This document shows positions 10,583 through 17,942 of a stretch of DNA of 32,000 nucleotides, piece by piece (the stretch's first letter is position 1; each line of letters starts with the position of its first letter). Made by a program: the position numbers and the translations under genes. Where the stretch lies: assembly GCF_000014265.1 (NCBI RefSeq), contig NC_008312.1:6360001-6392000 (forward strand), read 5' to 3'. Source of the DNA: Trichodesmium erythraeum IMS101. Its GTDB lineage: Bacteria; Cyanobacteriota; Cyanobacteriia; Cyanobacteriales; Microcoleaceae. The notes under the pieces are model-generated. The model ran no database searches and had not been told where the DNA came from. It was given only the letters and a program-made list of their open reading frames with translations.

Positions 10583-10645
10583 TTTTGATTTTTGAGTTTT
10601 GATTTTTGAGTTTTGATTTTTGAGTTTTGACTTTTAAATTTTGAC
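10583..10645. repeat. tandem array of nine TTTTGAN heptamers (three perfect 14-mers TTTTGATTTTTGAG, then degenerate units)
   Basis: Units start at 10583, 10590, 10597, 10604, 10611, 10618, 10625, 10632 and 10639: ttttgat ttttgag ttttgat ttttgag ttttgat ttttgag ttttgac ttttaaa ttttgac. Confidence 0.9.
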
Positions 10646-10745
10646 TTGTATTTTAATACTATATTTTGTCGTGCTTAATTGAGGTGATATGGAGATTTGG
10701 TATAATACAAAACCGACAACAATGGTTATGAGTAAGTCCTGTAAC

Positions 10746-10786
10746 AAAAAAAACCACCAAAACAAGATATAAATCTCATCTGGTGG
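10746..10786 (-). terminator. Rho-independent terminator of nifZ-nifT
   Basis: On the minus strand, about 40 nt after the nifT stop, CCACCA (revcomp of 10781-10786) pairs with TGGTGG (revcomp of 10754-10759) across a 21-nt loop that can pair further (AGAT/ATCT). A run of 8 T follows (A-run 10746-10753 on the plus strand). Confidence 0.65.
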
Positions 10787-10824
10787 TCAAAAAATAAGGA
10801 GTAACCATGGAAAAAAAGAAAATT

Positions 10825-11025
10825 TTAGTCTAATCTCTTAGCTTCTATTGTTGTGGGTAATTTTTCTGGTTGGTCTTTAGGGATAGATAATTCCCAACCA
10901 TTTCCTAAAGTTAAAATTTTATTGTCTCCCTCAATTTTTTGTGAGACAACTTCTTCTTCCAAGTCTTTCTTAGCAACATAAACTTCTAATTTTCCTGCTT
11001 CATTATTGCGTAACATTACTTTCAT
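10825..11025 (-). CDS. nifT: nitrogen fixation protein NifT/FixU
   Basis: 66-aa ORF MKVMLRNNEAGKLEVYVAKKDLEEEVV...GNGWELSIP...KLPTTIEAKRL matches the NifT family pattern. The start overlaps the nifZ stop by 4 nt (ATGA at 11022-11025). Confidence 0.85.
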   Translation of the reverse strand: MKVMLRNNEAGKLEVYVAKKDLEEEVVSQKIEGDNKILTLGNGWELSIPKDQPEKLPTTIEAKRLD

Positions 11026-11294
11026 GAGTAGTTTTCCTCCACAAGTTCAATTTCATTTTGACGACAACCGATAACCATTCCTTTTTTGATGAAATGCACT
11101 GAATAAATATAAAATTTTTGTAAGAAGGTACCGATACCACAAATATAACCGACCTCTCCTCCTTCCAAAAGAATGTCACCTCGGTTTTTTCCGGGGAAAG
11201 TACCATCATTACGAACTAGTTTAGAAACCCTGACTTTTTGTTCGAGCTCAAATGCAGGGGGTCCATCTAATTCTATAAATTCATCTGCTTTCAT
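11022..11294 (-). CDS. nifZ: nitrogen fixation protein NifZ
   Basis: 90-aa ORF with FELEQKVRVSKLVRNDGTFPGKNRGDILLEGGEVGYICGIGTFLQKFYIYSVHF, the conserved NifZ core (RNDGT.PG...G.VG....IG.FLQ..YIY.V.F). Confidence 0.85.
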   Translation of the reverse strand: MKADEFIELDGPPAFELEQKVRVSKLVRNDGTFPGKNRGDILLEGGEVGYICGIGTFLQKFYIYSVHFIKKGMVIGCRQNEIELVEENYS

Positions 11295-11365
11295 TTAGTT
11301 ACCTCGCTGATACTGATAAATTTACTATTTTTTCTACAATTTTTAATTGACACTAGATTAAGCTA

Positions 11366-11400
11366 AAGTCAGAAGGTGCGAAGTCAGAAGGCGCGAAGTT
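11366..11400. repeat. 15-bp tandem direct repeat AAGTCAGAAGG(T/C)GCG, two copies plus a partial third
   Basis: 11366-11380 and 11381-11395 differ at one base, and AAGTT at 11396-11400 starts a third unit. This is the GC-richest patch of the spacer, 72-106 bp upstream of the nifZ start. Confidence 0.85.
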
Positions 11401-11581
11401 AAATTCCCAACTACGTTCCTTCCTTAAGAGGCACGAGAATGTTTTAACTGCCCTAGCTACTGCTATATTATCTGCATCATCTGCAGCCGTTATCATAATT
11501 TTTTTTACATAAAAAAGTAACATCTCATTCTGAATTATTACATATTCATGTTTGGAAAAAAAGTAGCGATCGCTGCTATTT

Positions 11582-11602
11582 TAGTTATCAGTTATCAGTT
11601 AA
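11582..11602. repeat. heptamer repeat TAGTTAT-CAGTTAT-CAGTTAA (CAGYTAT family)
   Basis: Read directly. It sits immediately 3' of a HIP1 site (11566-11573). Confidence 0.85.
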
Positions 11603-12686
11603 TACTGTCTGCTGCTTTATCAAATTAGTACAAAACGTCACCTTTGCTCACTGAATGTTTAATTTTTGCTTCTTTTGAGGCCAATAGGCCTGATCATCCA
11701 TAGGCATTGACGGTCTAGCCGAGAGTACCTTTTACTTTAATACTTGCCTTTAAATCTCAAGATATTAATAAGGGACACCTTCGACAATTATAAATTCTCA
11801 GATTTTATAGCAAATATTAAGGGTGAGCGCAGCTATAGCAAGTATTGGAAAATGGGAAAAACCATTCAGCCAAGAGAGTTTTTTGCCTTTGGTTAATTTT
11901 AAAAATGATCAGCTTAGTTGAAATCATTTCAAAATTGTTTTAATAGTACAGTAAAAACATTGTTGTAATGGTATTGCAAAAACTTACCATAACCATTCTC
12001 TATGTTCAGTCTTTTTAGCTTGAGTAATAAACTGTTTTTGTAGCGAGGGAGTTAACAGACTTCTTCTCTACTAACTTGTGTTTCTGACAGAACGCTAGAG
12101 TCTCATTCCAGACAATACGAACCAAACCATGAGCGGGCTTTGTATTCTCAGTATTTTTACTCTATTGTTGCATAGATATAATGCTTAAATATAGGGACTA
12201 ATAATGTGAGTTTTTAACTCAAATTTAGGGTAACTTATTGTATTCAAATAAAATCAACTAAAAAGTAGCCTGATACGCAGACGAAACAATAGAGAGCTAA
12301 TTTTTTTTGTAAAAATTCCTCTAAGTTTACGGTCATGCCGAACTGCAGCATTCGATAAACTTAACCCCCAGTGATCAAAATATCTGTTATTCTCTGCGTG
12401 TTAAGCCATCAGAGTTTTTTTGCTTATGGTATTGTAGTTAGAGTTTTGTTAGGCATAGATTTCATGTATATGTGAAGGCAAGTTGCTTGGTGGAGTCTCC
12501 TTTTTCAGCTATAGTAGTTGCTAAGGTGCTTAGGATATTCTCGTCACTGCTCTAATTTAATCTGTAACTGCCAAAAGATTTTGATGATTTACAAGATGGG
12601 ATAAAATTTTTCTGGCATCAAGGGTTATAAGAGTAATAATAGTTACTATATTATATAGTATAGTGTATAATTATTTTTTGATTAAT

Positions 12687-12887
12687 TCAATACCCTAACC
12701 AATCAAAAATTTGCTGGAGTTGATGAAGAGAAATCATACCCAACTTCCAGAGAACCATTGGTAGAGGACCGCAAGAAGTTTCACTATGTTTCCGTGCTAC
12801 AGAAATTGCTGCTGGGGAAAGAGCTAGTTCTTCCTGCAAAAAATTAATTAATAGATTAGTTGTGCTATCGCCTTCCATAGTTACCAT
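12687..12887 (-). CDS. small conserved cyanobacterial protein, DUF2949-like
   Basis: 66-aa ORF ...LINFLQEELALSPAAISVARKHSETSCGPLPMVLWKLGMISLHQLQQIFDWLGY. The pattern L..FLQEEL....A...A.......GPLPM.LW..G...L.QL..IFDWL matches my recollection of the DUF2949 family. No search was possible. Confidence 0.6.
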   Translation of the reverse strand: MVTMEGDSTTNLLINFLQEELALSPAAISVARKHSETSCGPLPMVLWKLGMISLHQLQQIFDWLGY

Positions 12888-13631
12888 CCTTAAGTTTTAA
12901 ATTAAAGGTAATAGAGCAAGAAAATAAATCTGTATCTATTACCAGTAGGTATTTTTTATTGATATACTCCCGAGGTTACGCTGACGCGACTACCCGGGTT
13001 CATTCATCCAAGGAAACCCTGAGAACTTTTTTAACTAATTCTGATTCTGATAATGCTTCTCCTTGAATTGAGGTATAATAATTGTCTTACTATTTTGATC
13101 GGGCTTATTGAAGTTATCCATAGTAGTTTGTAGTCTTTGGATAACATTTGATTAAACCTTAGAGTCTACTGACTTATGCTCACAAAATTACTTTTTAGTC
13201 TGTGTTAGGTTTGCTAGTTGAAAAGTATCTCACACAATATAACCATTGATTATGTTTGGATGCTGATCCTTTTGTATGATTATTGGTTGATCATTGTTAT
13301 CTTTTTTTCTAGCATCCTGTATTTGTATTCAAAATTCAGGGATATTCTGATAAATTGAATCTACTGGCACTATTGAAATATGAAAAGGAGAAGTGTTTAC
13401 TGGTTTTAGCCTTCTTTCAAACTAGTATAATGTTTTTGCTAAAAGGTAATTGTATTAATTAATAGCAAATTATAACTTTTGACTTTTTTTTGTTTGAGCT
13501 CGTCCTATATTTCAGTAGCATTTTAGAATAGACTATGATGTCAAGATTGGTATTCTATACTTGACATCAATTTTCATTTTGATGCAGAATTACAAATTAC
13601 AGTACAGAATTTCCGGTCGCAGGCGTAAAAA

Positions 13632-13910
13632 TTAATAGTTGTATTTAGGAAAAACTTCAGTGTTCCAACATCTTTCTAACCAGTCTACTAATTCTGCCTG
13701 AGGAGCAAGAAATTGCTTAATAGTGCTTTGGAGCAGAATAGCATCGGTGCAGTTGTTGACTTCTACTAATAAATCACCATTGTGAGTACACCAACTATTA
13801 ATCCTTAGCTCTTGTAAGCGATGGTGAATAAACCAGCGGTCTATTTGAGAAAGATTCACGATTTTAGTCAGATATTTGGCATGAGGGTTAAAATTATGAC
13901 TATTAAACAT
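13632..13910 (-). CDS. small hypothetical protein translationally coupled to nifP
   Basis: 92-aa ORF whose ATG (13908-13910) overlaps the nifP stop (13903-13905) in the sequence ATGTTTAA. The composition is non-repetitive (W/H/C-containing). No recognisable domain by eye. Confidence 0.55.
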   Translation of the reverse strand: MFNSHNFNPHAKYLTKIVNLSQIDRWFIHHRLQELRINSWCTHNGDLLVEVNNCTDAILLQSTIKQFLAPQAELVDWLERCWNTEVFPKYNY

Positions 13911-14769
13911 TATTATTTTTCCTTGTCTCGCCTATAAGAGTTTGTAATTTTTCTTCAAGTTGCTGAATTTTCTCAACTAAAGCACGAGTTGCGGTAGCTT
14001 CAGTATCTGGGAATTTTCCATGATCGAGAACTTCAGTCCGTTCGCTAGATTTTGATACGACTCTACCAGGTATACCAACAACGGTGCAGTCAGAAGGAAC
14101 ATGACGCAATACAATGGAACCAGCACCGATACGAACGTTATTACCAATATTGATATTTCCTAATACTTTGGCACCAGCACCAACTACAACATTTGTACCA
14201 ATAGTAGGATGGCGTTTACCAATTTCTTTTCCTGTACCACCAAGAGTGACACCCTGATAAATTAATGAGTAATCTCCAACAATTGCTGTTTCACCAATAA
14301 CCACTCCCATACCATGATCTATAAATACTCCCTGTCCAATTTGTGCTCCTGGGTGAATTTCTATTCCTGTGAAGAATCGTCCGAAATGAGAAATCAATCT
14401 TGGAATTAAAGGTATTTTGTGATAGTGCAATTTATGAGCAAGACGGTACAATAATAAAGCGTGCAAACCTGGATAGCAACATAAGACTTCTATCCAGTTC
14501 CGTGCTGCTGGGTCTCGCTCGAAAATTATCTGAAAATCTGTTAAAATTGTCTCTATTTCAGGAAATATAAAATATTTGTACCAAAATCTATGAAAACAAG
14601 AAGAGGAAGAAAGCTCTCTATTAGATTCTGATATTAGATTTTCTTGAGAAACTTCAGTCTCTACCGTTGGTTTGTTTTGAGACCTCAAGTTACCTTGGTA
14701 TTTTTGCAAGGTAGAATTGTGAGTTGTATTAGGTAAGGTGCGGATATTGTCAGTCAGTAAGGTGGTCAT
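13903..14769 (-). CDS. nifP: serine O-acetyltransferase (nif-associated CysE, NifP-type)
   Basis: 288-aa ORF with [56 protein letters not shown] and hexapeptide repeats ([44 protein letters not shown]). It diverges from nifB, as nifP does in other cyanobacterial nif clusters. About 85 aa of low-complexity N-terminal extension precede the CysE core. Confidence 0.85.
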   Translation of the reverse strand: MTTLLTDNIRTLPNTTHNSTLQKYQGNLRSQNKPTVETEVSQENLISESNRELSSSSCFHRFWYKYFIFPEIETILTDFQIIFERDPAARNWIEVLCCYPGLHALLLYRLAHKLHYHKIPLIPRLISHFGRFFTGIEIHPGAQIGQGVFIDHGMGVVIGETAIVGDYSLIYQGVTLGGTGKEIGKRHPTIGTNVVVGAGAKVLGNINIGNNVRIGAGSIVLRHVPSDCTVVGIPGRVVSKSSERTEVLDHGKFPDTEATATRALVEKIQQLEEKLQTLIGETRKNNNV

Positions 14770-14771
14770 TT

Positions 14772-14806
14772 CATTTATCAGTTATCAGTGGTCAGTTATC
14801 GGTATC
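14772..14806. repeat. heptamer array CATTTAT-CAGTTAT-CAGTGGT-CAGTTAT-CGGTATC (CAGYTAT family)
   Basis: Five phased 7-mers begin 3 nt upstream of the nifP start codon (14769), so they lie inside the nifP 5' leader. Confidence 0.85.
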
Positions 14807-14896
14807 TGCAATAATAGGGAGGTTTGAGATGTTATTTCTTGCTCATGAATCAAATAAAGGATTTCGTATTTAACAAGAATATTTGCTTTTTAATGT

Positions 14897-15173
14897 TTAT
14901 ATCAAGTCCATGGAAAACTACTGAGAAATATTTATTGCTCAGTGTTTATTAGATTTATTAGGTTTGTACTCAAAGCTTTTAAATCTTGATGGGAAAGGTA
15001 TTACAGATATGTTTTAAATATATTTTGGGGTATATGTGCTAGTATTTTTTGTGGTATGTACAAGTATTTATTAAACGATGTACTAGCATTTTTGTACTCA
15101 AGCTTAATACTTCTATTTCAGGAGGTTGCGAGGATTTAAGTAGAGTTTTCTCCTAAACTTAAACTTGTACTCA
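14897..15173 (-). promoter_or_regulatory. nifP upstream regulatory module, mirror copy of the nifB module
   Basis: Read on the minus strand it contains, in order, TGAGTACA (15166-15173), TGAGTACA (15093-15100), TATACCCCAAAA (15023-15034), TGAGTACA (14965-14972), TAATAAACAC (14942-14951) and an extended -10-like TGATATAA (14897-14904). These have the same order and spacing as upstream of nifB. Confidence 0.6.
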
Positions 15174-15547
15174 ACTTTAGTTTAACTCATAACTCTAGTA
15201 AAAATATGGAAAAAAATCTTAAAATTATCTGCTTAATTCTGAAAAAACTGCTAAGTTAATTACAGAAAGTAAAAACTTGTAGTTGAGGTTTTATAAGGAT
15301 AAAATAAGTAAGAGTTGGGCAATAGCTTAAAAATTATATGGTTTGGCGATATGAGACAGGACAGAAAAAGGAGAGCTTGGCCTCAGCTATGAGCTAAATA
15401 TGCAGGAGCTATATATATTGTTATTGGGTAAGTCCCGGGGTTTAGTTGTTAATTTAGAATATTTTGAGATATTGTTTGTTCTCAACAGTAGCCAAAAAAA
15501 GATATATCGTATACAGTAATAAAAGATTGAGTAAAATAAGTAGTGTA

Positions 15548-15825
15548 TGAGTACAGAAGTGTAGAGAAAGAAAGGGTAGTAAAAAGAGAGCAAAATAACT
15601 AATATATATGACTTATAGCATGAGTACATACACTACTGTACCATTACCCCATAAATACATATACCCCACTTAAAAAATACAAGTACCTATACCCCAAAAA
15701 AAAAATTTAGATACCTTGAGATAATTGGAATCACTGAATTAGAAGCATCTGAGTACAAAATTAATTATCATAATAAACACTAACCACGATTTTTCAAAAG
15801 GTAAGGCTCAAACCCGGTGATATAA
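15548..15825 (+). promoter_or_regulatory. nifB upstream regulatory module (repeated TGAGTACA boxes plus an extended -10-like TGATATAA)
   Basis: TGAGTACA at 15548-15555, 15621-15628 and 15750-15757. TATACCCCAAAA at 15688-15699, TAATAAACAC at 15771-15780, TGATATAA at 15818-15825 (138 nt before the nifB ATG). Each anchor mirrors its nifP-side partner about coordinate 15361 to within 1 bp. Confidence 0.6.
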
Positions 15826-15962
15826 GAAGTATAACACTATAACGCCGGACACCTAATTCACTGATAGAACACTGCCAATGTTCAAGTCAATAGAAAAAGT
15901 GTATCGACGCGAGTAATCCGTCACCCACGGCGATAGCTAGTATAATAAGAGTGGAAACCTAG

Positions 15963-17432
15963 ATGTTACAGCCAACAGAAGTATCTTCCCAACCAACAGT
16001 AAACAGCTTCGCAAACATGATAGCAACTCCAGAAAAACAACCTGGTGATTGCGCGTCAAAGGGTTGCGGAAGCAACGAACAAGAAGTTGCCTCCAGTATT
16101 CAAGAGCGCATTGCTAATCATCCTTGTTATAGTCAAGAAGCGCATCACCACTATGCAAGGATGCACGCTCCAGTTGCACCAGCTTGCAACATTCAATGTA
16201 ATTTCTGTAACCGGAAATACGACTGTGCCAATGAAAGTCGTCCCGGTGTAGTCAGTGAACTGCTAACTCCTGAAGAAGCAGCTCACAAAGCTCTAGTAAT
16301 TGCTGGAAAAATTCCGCAAATGACAGTGATGGGTATTGCTGGCCCTGGCGACCCATTAGCGAACCCAGAAAAAACATTTCGTACTTTTGAGCTTGTAGCT
16401 GAGAAAGCTCCAGATATCAAGCTTTGCTTGTCAACCAATGGTCTAGCTTTACCTGATCATATAGATCGGATTAAAGCATTAAATATTGACCACGTTACTA
16501 TAACAATTAATATGGTTGACCCTGAAATCGGGGTAAAGATTTATCCTTGGGTTCACTACAAACGGAAGCGCTATAGAGGAATTGAGGGAGTCAAAATTCT
16601 GCATCAAAAGCAAATGGAAGCTTTAGACTTGCTCAGAGAAGCTGATGTTCTCTGCAAAGTTAACTCAGTGATGATTCCTGGTATTAATGACAAACACCTA
16701 GAAGAAGTTAATAGGGTTGTTCGCTCGAAGGGTGCATTCATTCATAACATTATGCCTCTAATTTCTTCACCAGAACATGGTACTTACTTCGGTTTAAATG
16801 GTCAACGTGGCCCAACTACTGAAGAACTAAAAGAATTACAAGACAAATGTGATGTTGGTGGTATGAACATGATGCGTCACTGTCGTCAATGTCGTGCAGA
16901 TGCAGTTGGTCTTTTAGGTGAAGACCGTAGTAAGGAATTCACAAAAGAAGCGATCATGGAAATGACTCCAGAGTATGATCTACAAAAGCGCAAAGAATTT
17001 CATGCTGGCATTGAAGGTTTCCGCAGTAAACTAGTAAAGGCTAAGGCTTCAGGTCAAACTACTGAAAAAGTTGCCGAAGCTGGTCCGCCCATACTACTGG
17101 CAGTAGCAAGTAAGGGTAACGGATTAGTTAATCAGCACTTTGGTCATGCTAAAGAGTTTATGATCTATGAAGTAGATGGTGTGAAAGCTAGATTTATTGC
17201 TCACCGGAAAGTTGACCACTATTGTCTAGGTGGTTATGGTGAAGAAGGAAGTCTGGAGAATATCATCAAGGCAATTTCTGATTGTAAAGCTGTTTTTGTT
17301 TCTAAAATTGGTGAGAGTCCAAAGGAAAAGGTACGCAATGCAGGACTAAAGGTGGTTGAAACTTACGATGTAATTGAAACAGTTGCTTTAGATTTCTATA
17401 AGCAATTCATCGGACAACTACAAGTAGCATAG
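15963..17432 (+). CDS. nifB: FeMo-cofactor biosynthesis radical-SAM protein NifB (with C-terminal NifX-like domain)
   Basis: 489-aa ORF with [44 protein letters not shown] (CxxxCxxC radical-SAM motif in the NifB context) and a C-terminal [27 protein letters not shown] NifX/NafY-like domain. The start is uncertain: ATG 15963 or the in-frame ATG at 16017. Confidence 0.93.
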   Translation: MLQPTEVSSQPTVNSFANMIATPEKQPGDCASKGCGSNEQEVASSIQERIANHPCYSQEAHHHYARMHAPVAPACNIQCNFCNRKYDCANESRPGVVSELLTPEEAAHKALVIAGKIPQMTVMGIAGPGDPLANPEKTFRTFELVAEKAPDIKLCLSTNGLALPDHIDRIKALNIDHVTITINMVDPEIGVKIYPWVHYKRKRYRGIEGVKILHQKQMEALDLLREADVLCKVNSVMIPGINDKHLEEVNRVVRSKGAFIHNIMPLISSPEHGTYFGLNGQRGPTTEELKELQDKCDVGGMNMMRHCRQCRADAVGLLGEDRSKEFTKEAIMEMTPEYDLQKRKEFHAGIEGFRSKLVKAKASGQTTEKVAEAGPPILLAVASKGNGLVNQHFGHAKEFMIYEVDGVKARFIAHRKVDHYCLGGYGEEGSLENIIKAISDCKAVFVSKIGESPKEKVRNAGLKVVETYDVIETVALDFYKQFIGQLQVA

Positions 17433-17497
17433 GTAATGAGTTAAACTATTACTAGCTAATGTATTTTCTGCAATTCTTGCGTTTCCCAATGCTTTTA

Positions 17498-17614
17498 ATA
17501 TCAAGTCCGGTAATGTTGTTAGTGTATAAAATCAGGTGGTAACAATAGGAATTATGCATAAGTGCCTTTTGCATTTGTGCCACCAAAGTCTAATTATTTC
17601 ACCGGACATGATAT
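17498..17614. repeat. about 117-nt imperfect long hairpin / palindromic element in the nifB-nifS spacer
   Basis: ATATCAAGTCCGGT (17498-17511) pairs with ACCGGACATGATAT (17601-17614) at 13 of 14 positions. Inner complementary blocks are GGTGG (17535-17539) with CCACC (17580-17584), and ATGCA (17554-17558) with TGCAT (17570-17574). Confidence 0.6.
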
Positions 17615-17942
17615 AACAAGTTGATTTCTTGAATAGATATATTCAAAAATAGTCAAAGAATAAGACTAAGCTGGGAAATTATTGGCTTTAGTGGTTTAAA
17701 CCCTACTTGTAAAGATTGCTGTAGCAATTTTTAGCTTCAATCTCCAAATTTATAAAAGCTAGTAGAGTTAGTCAGAAAGCGATAATATCAGAAGTTACGC
17801 ACCTCAAGAAGAAACCAAGTTTATTGCCTTGATAGAAATTTCATCAATAAAATAGGTTTTTGCGTAGTTTATAAATATTTGACTACTGTTTTATCTTTAC
17901 TAGTTCTTACTTACAACCATCACCTCAAATTTTTAGTCAGCT

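Noticed and set aside
10583-10645. Possible CRISPR array (also considered for the other tandem repeats)
   Set aside because: The units are 7-15 bp and directly abutting, with no spacers, and no cas genes are in the window. These are simple tandem repeats.
3411-11209. Other short track ORFs (3411-3641, 4250-4453, 7508-7711, 8225-8536, 9840-10037, 11003-11209), plus 16045-16251 and 30270-30867 outside this span
   Set aside because: These are shadow ORFs inside the GT genes, htpG, nifZ, nifB and hesA, or in AT-rich spacer. None has a recognisable domain or a plausible translation signal.
11295-12686. Decayed nifV pseudogene upstream of nifZ
   Set aside because: The length is suggestive. However, I could not find homocitrate-synthase motifs (DTTLRDGEQ or HxHxHNDxG-type) in any minus-strand frame by eye. 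A 47-codon ORF (MITAADDADNIAVARAVKTF..., ~11352-11495) is unconvincing. It is kept only as a hypothesis to test by TBLASTN.
13537-13568. 9-bp-stem hairpin GATGTCAAG...CTTGACATC as the terminator of the nifP-orf92 operon
   Set aside because: It lies 64 nt after the orf92 stop, but on the minus strand no U-tract follows it. The T-rich run is on the plus strand, where no gene ends. It is not called as a terminator and may still be a structural element.
15387-15629. 80-aa minus-strand ORF in the centre of the nifP-nifB intergenic region
   Set aside because: Its composition is extreme low-complexity Y/F/L/I/S, as expected from translating AT-rich DNA. It has no RBS or recognisable motif, and it overlaps the mirrored regulatory arm. 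I treat it as non-coding.
14897-15825. NtcA (GTA-N8-TAC) or LexA-type boxes in the nifP/nifB control region
   Set aside because: I checked every GTA in both arms and none is followed by TAC after 8 nt. The TGTACTCA boxes do not fit the cyanobacterial LexA pattern RGTACNNNDGTWCB.
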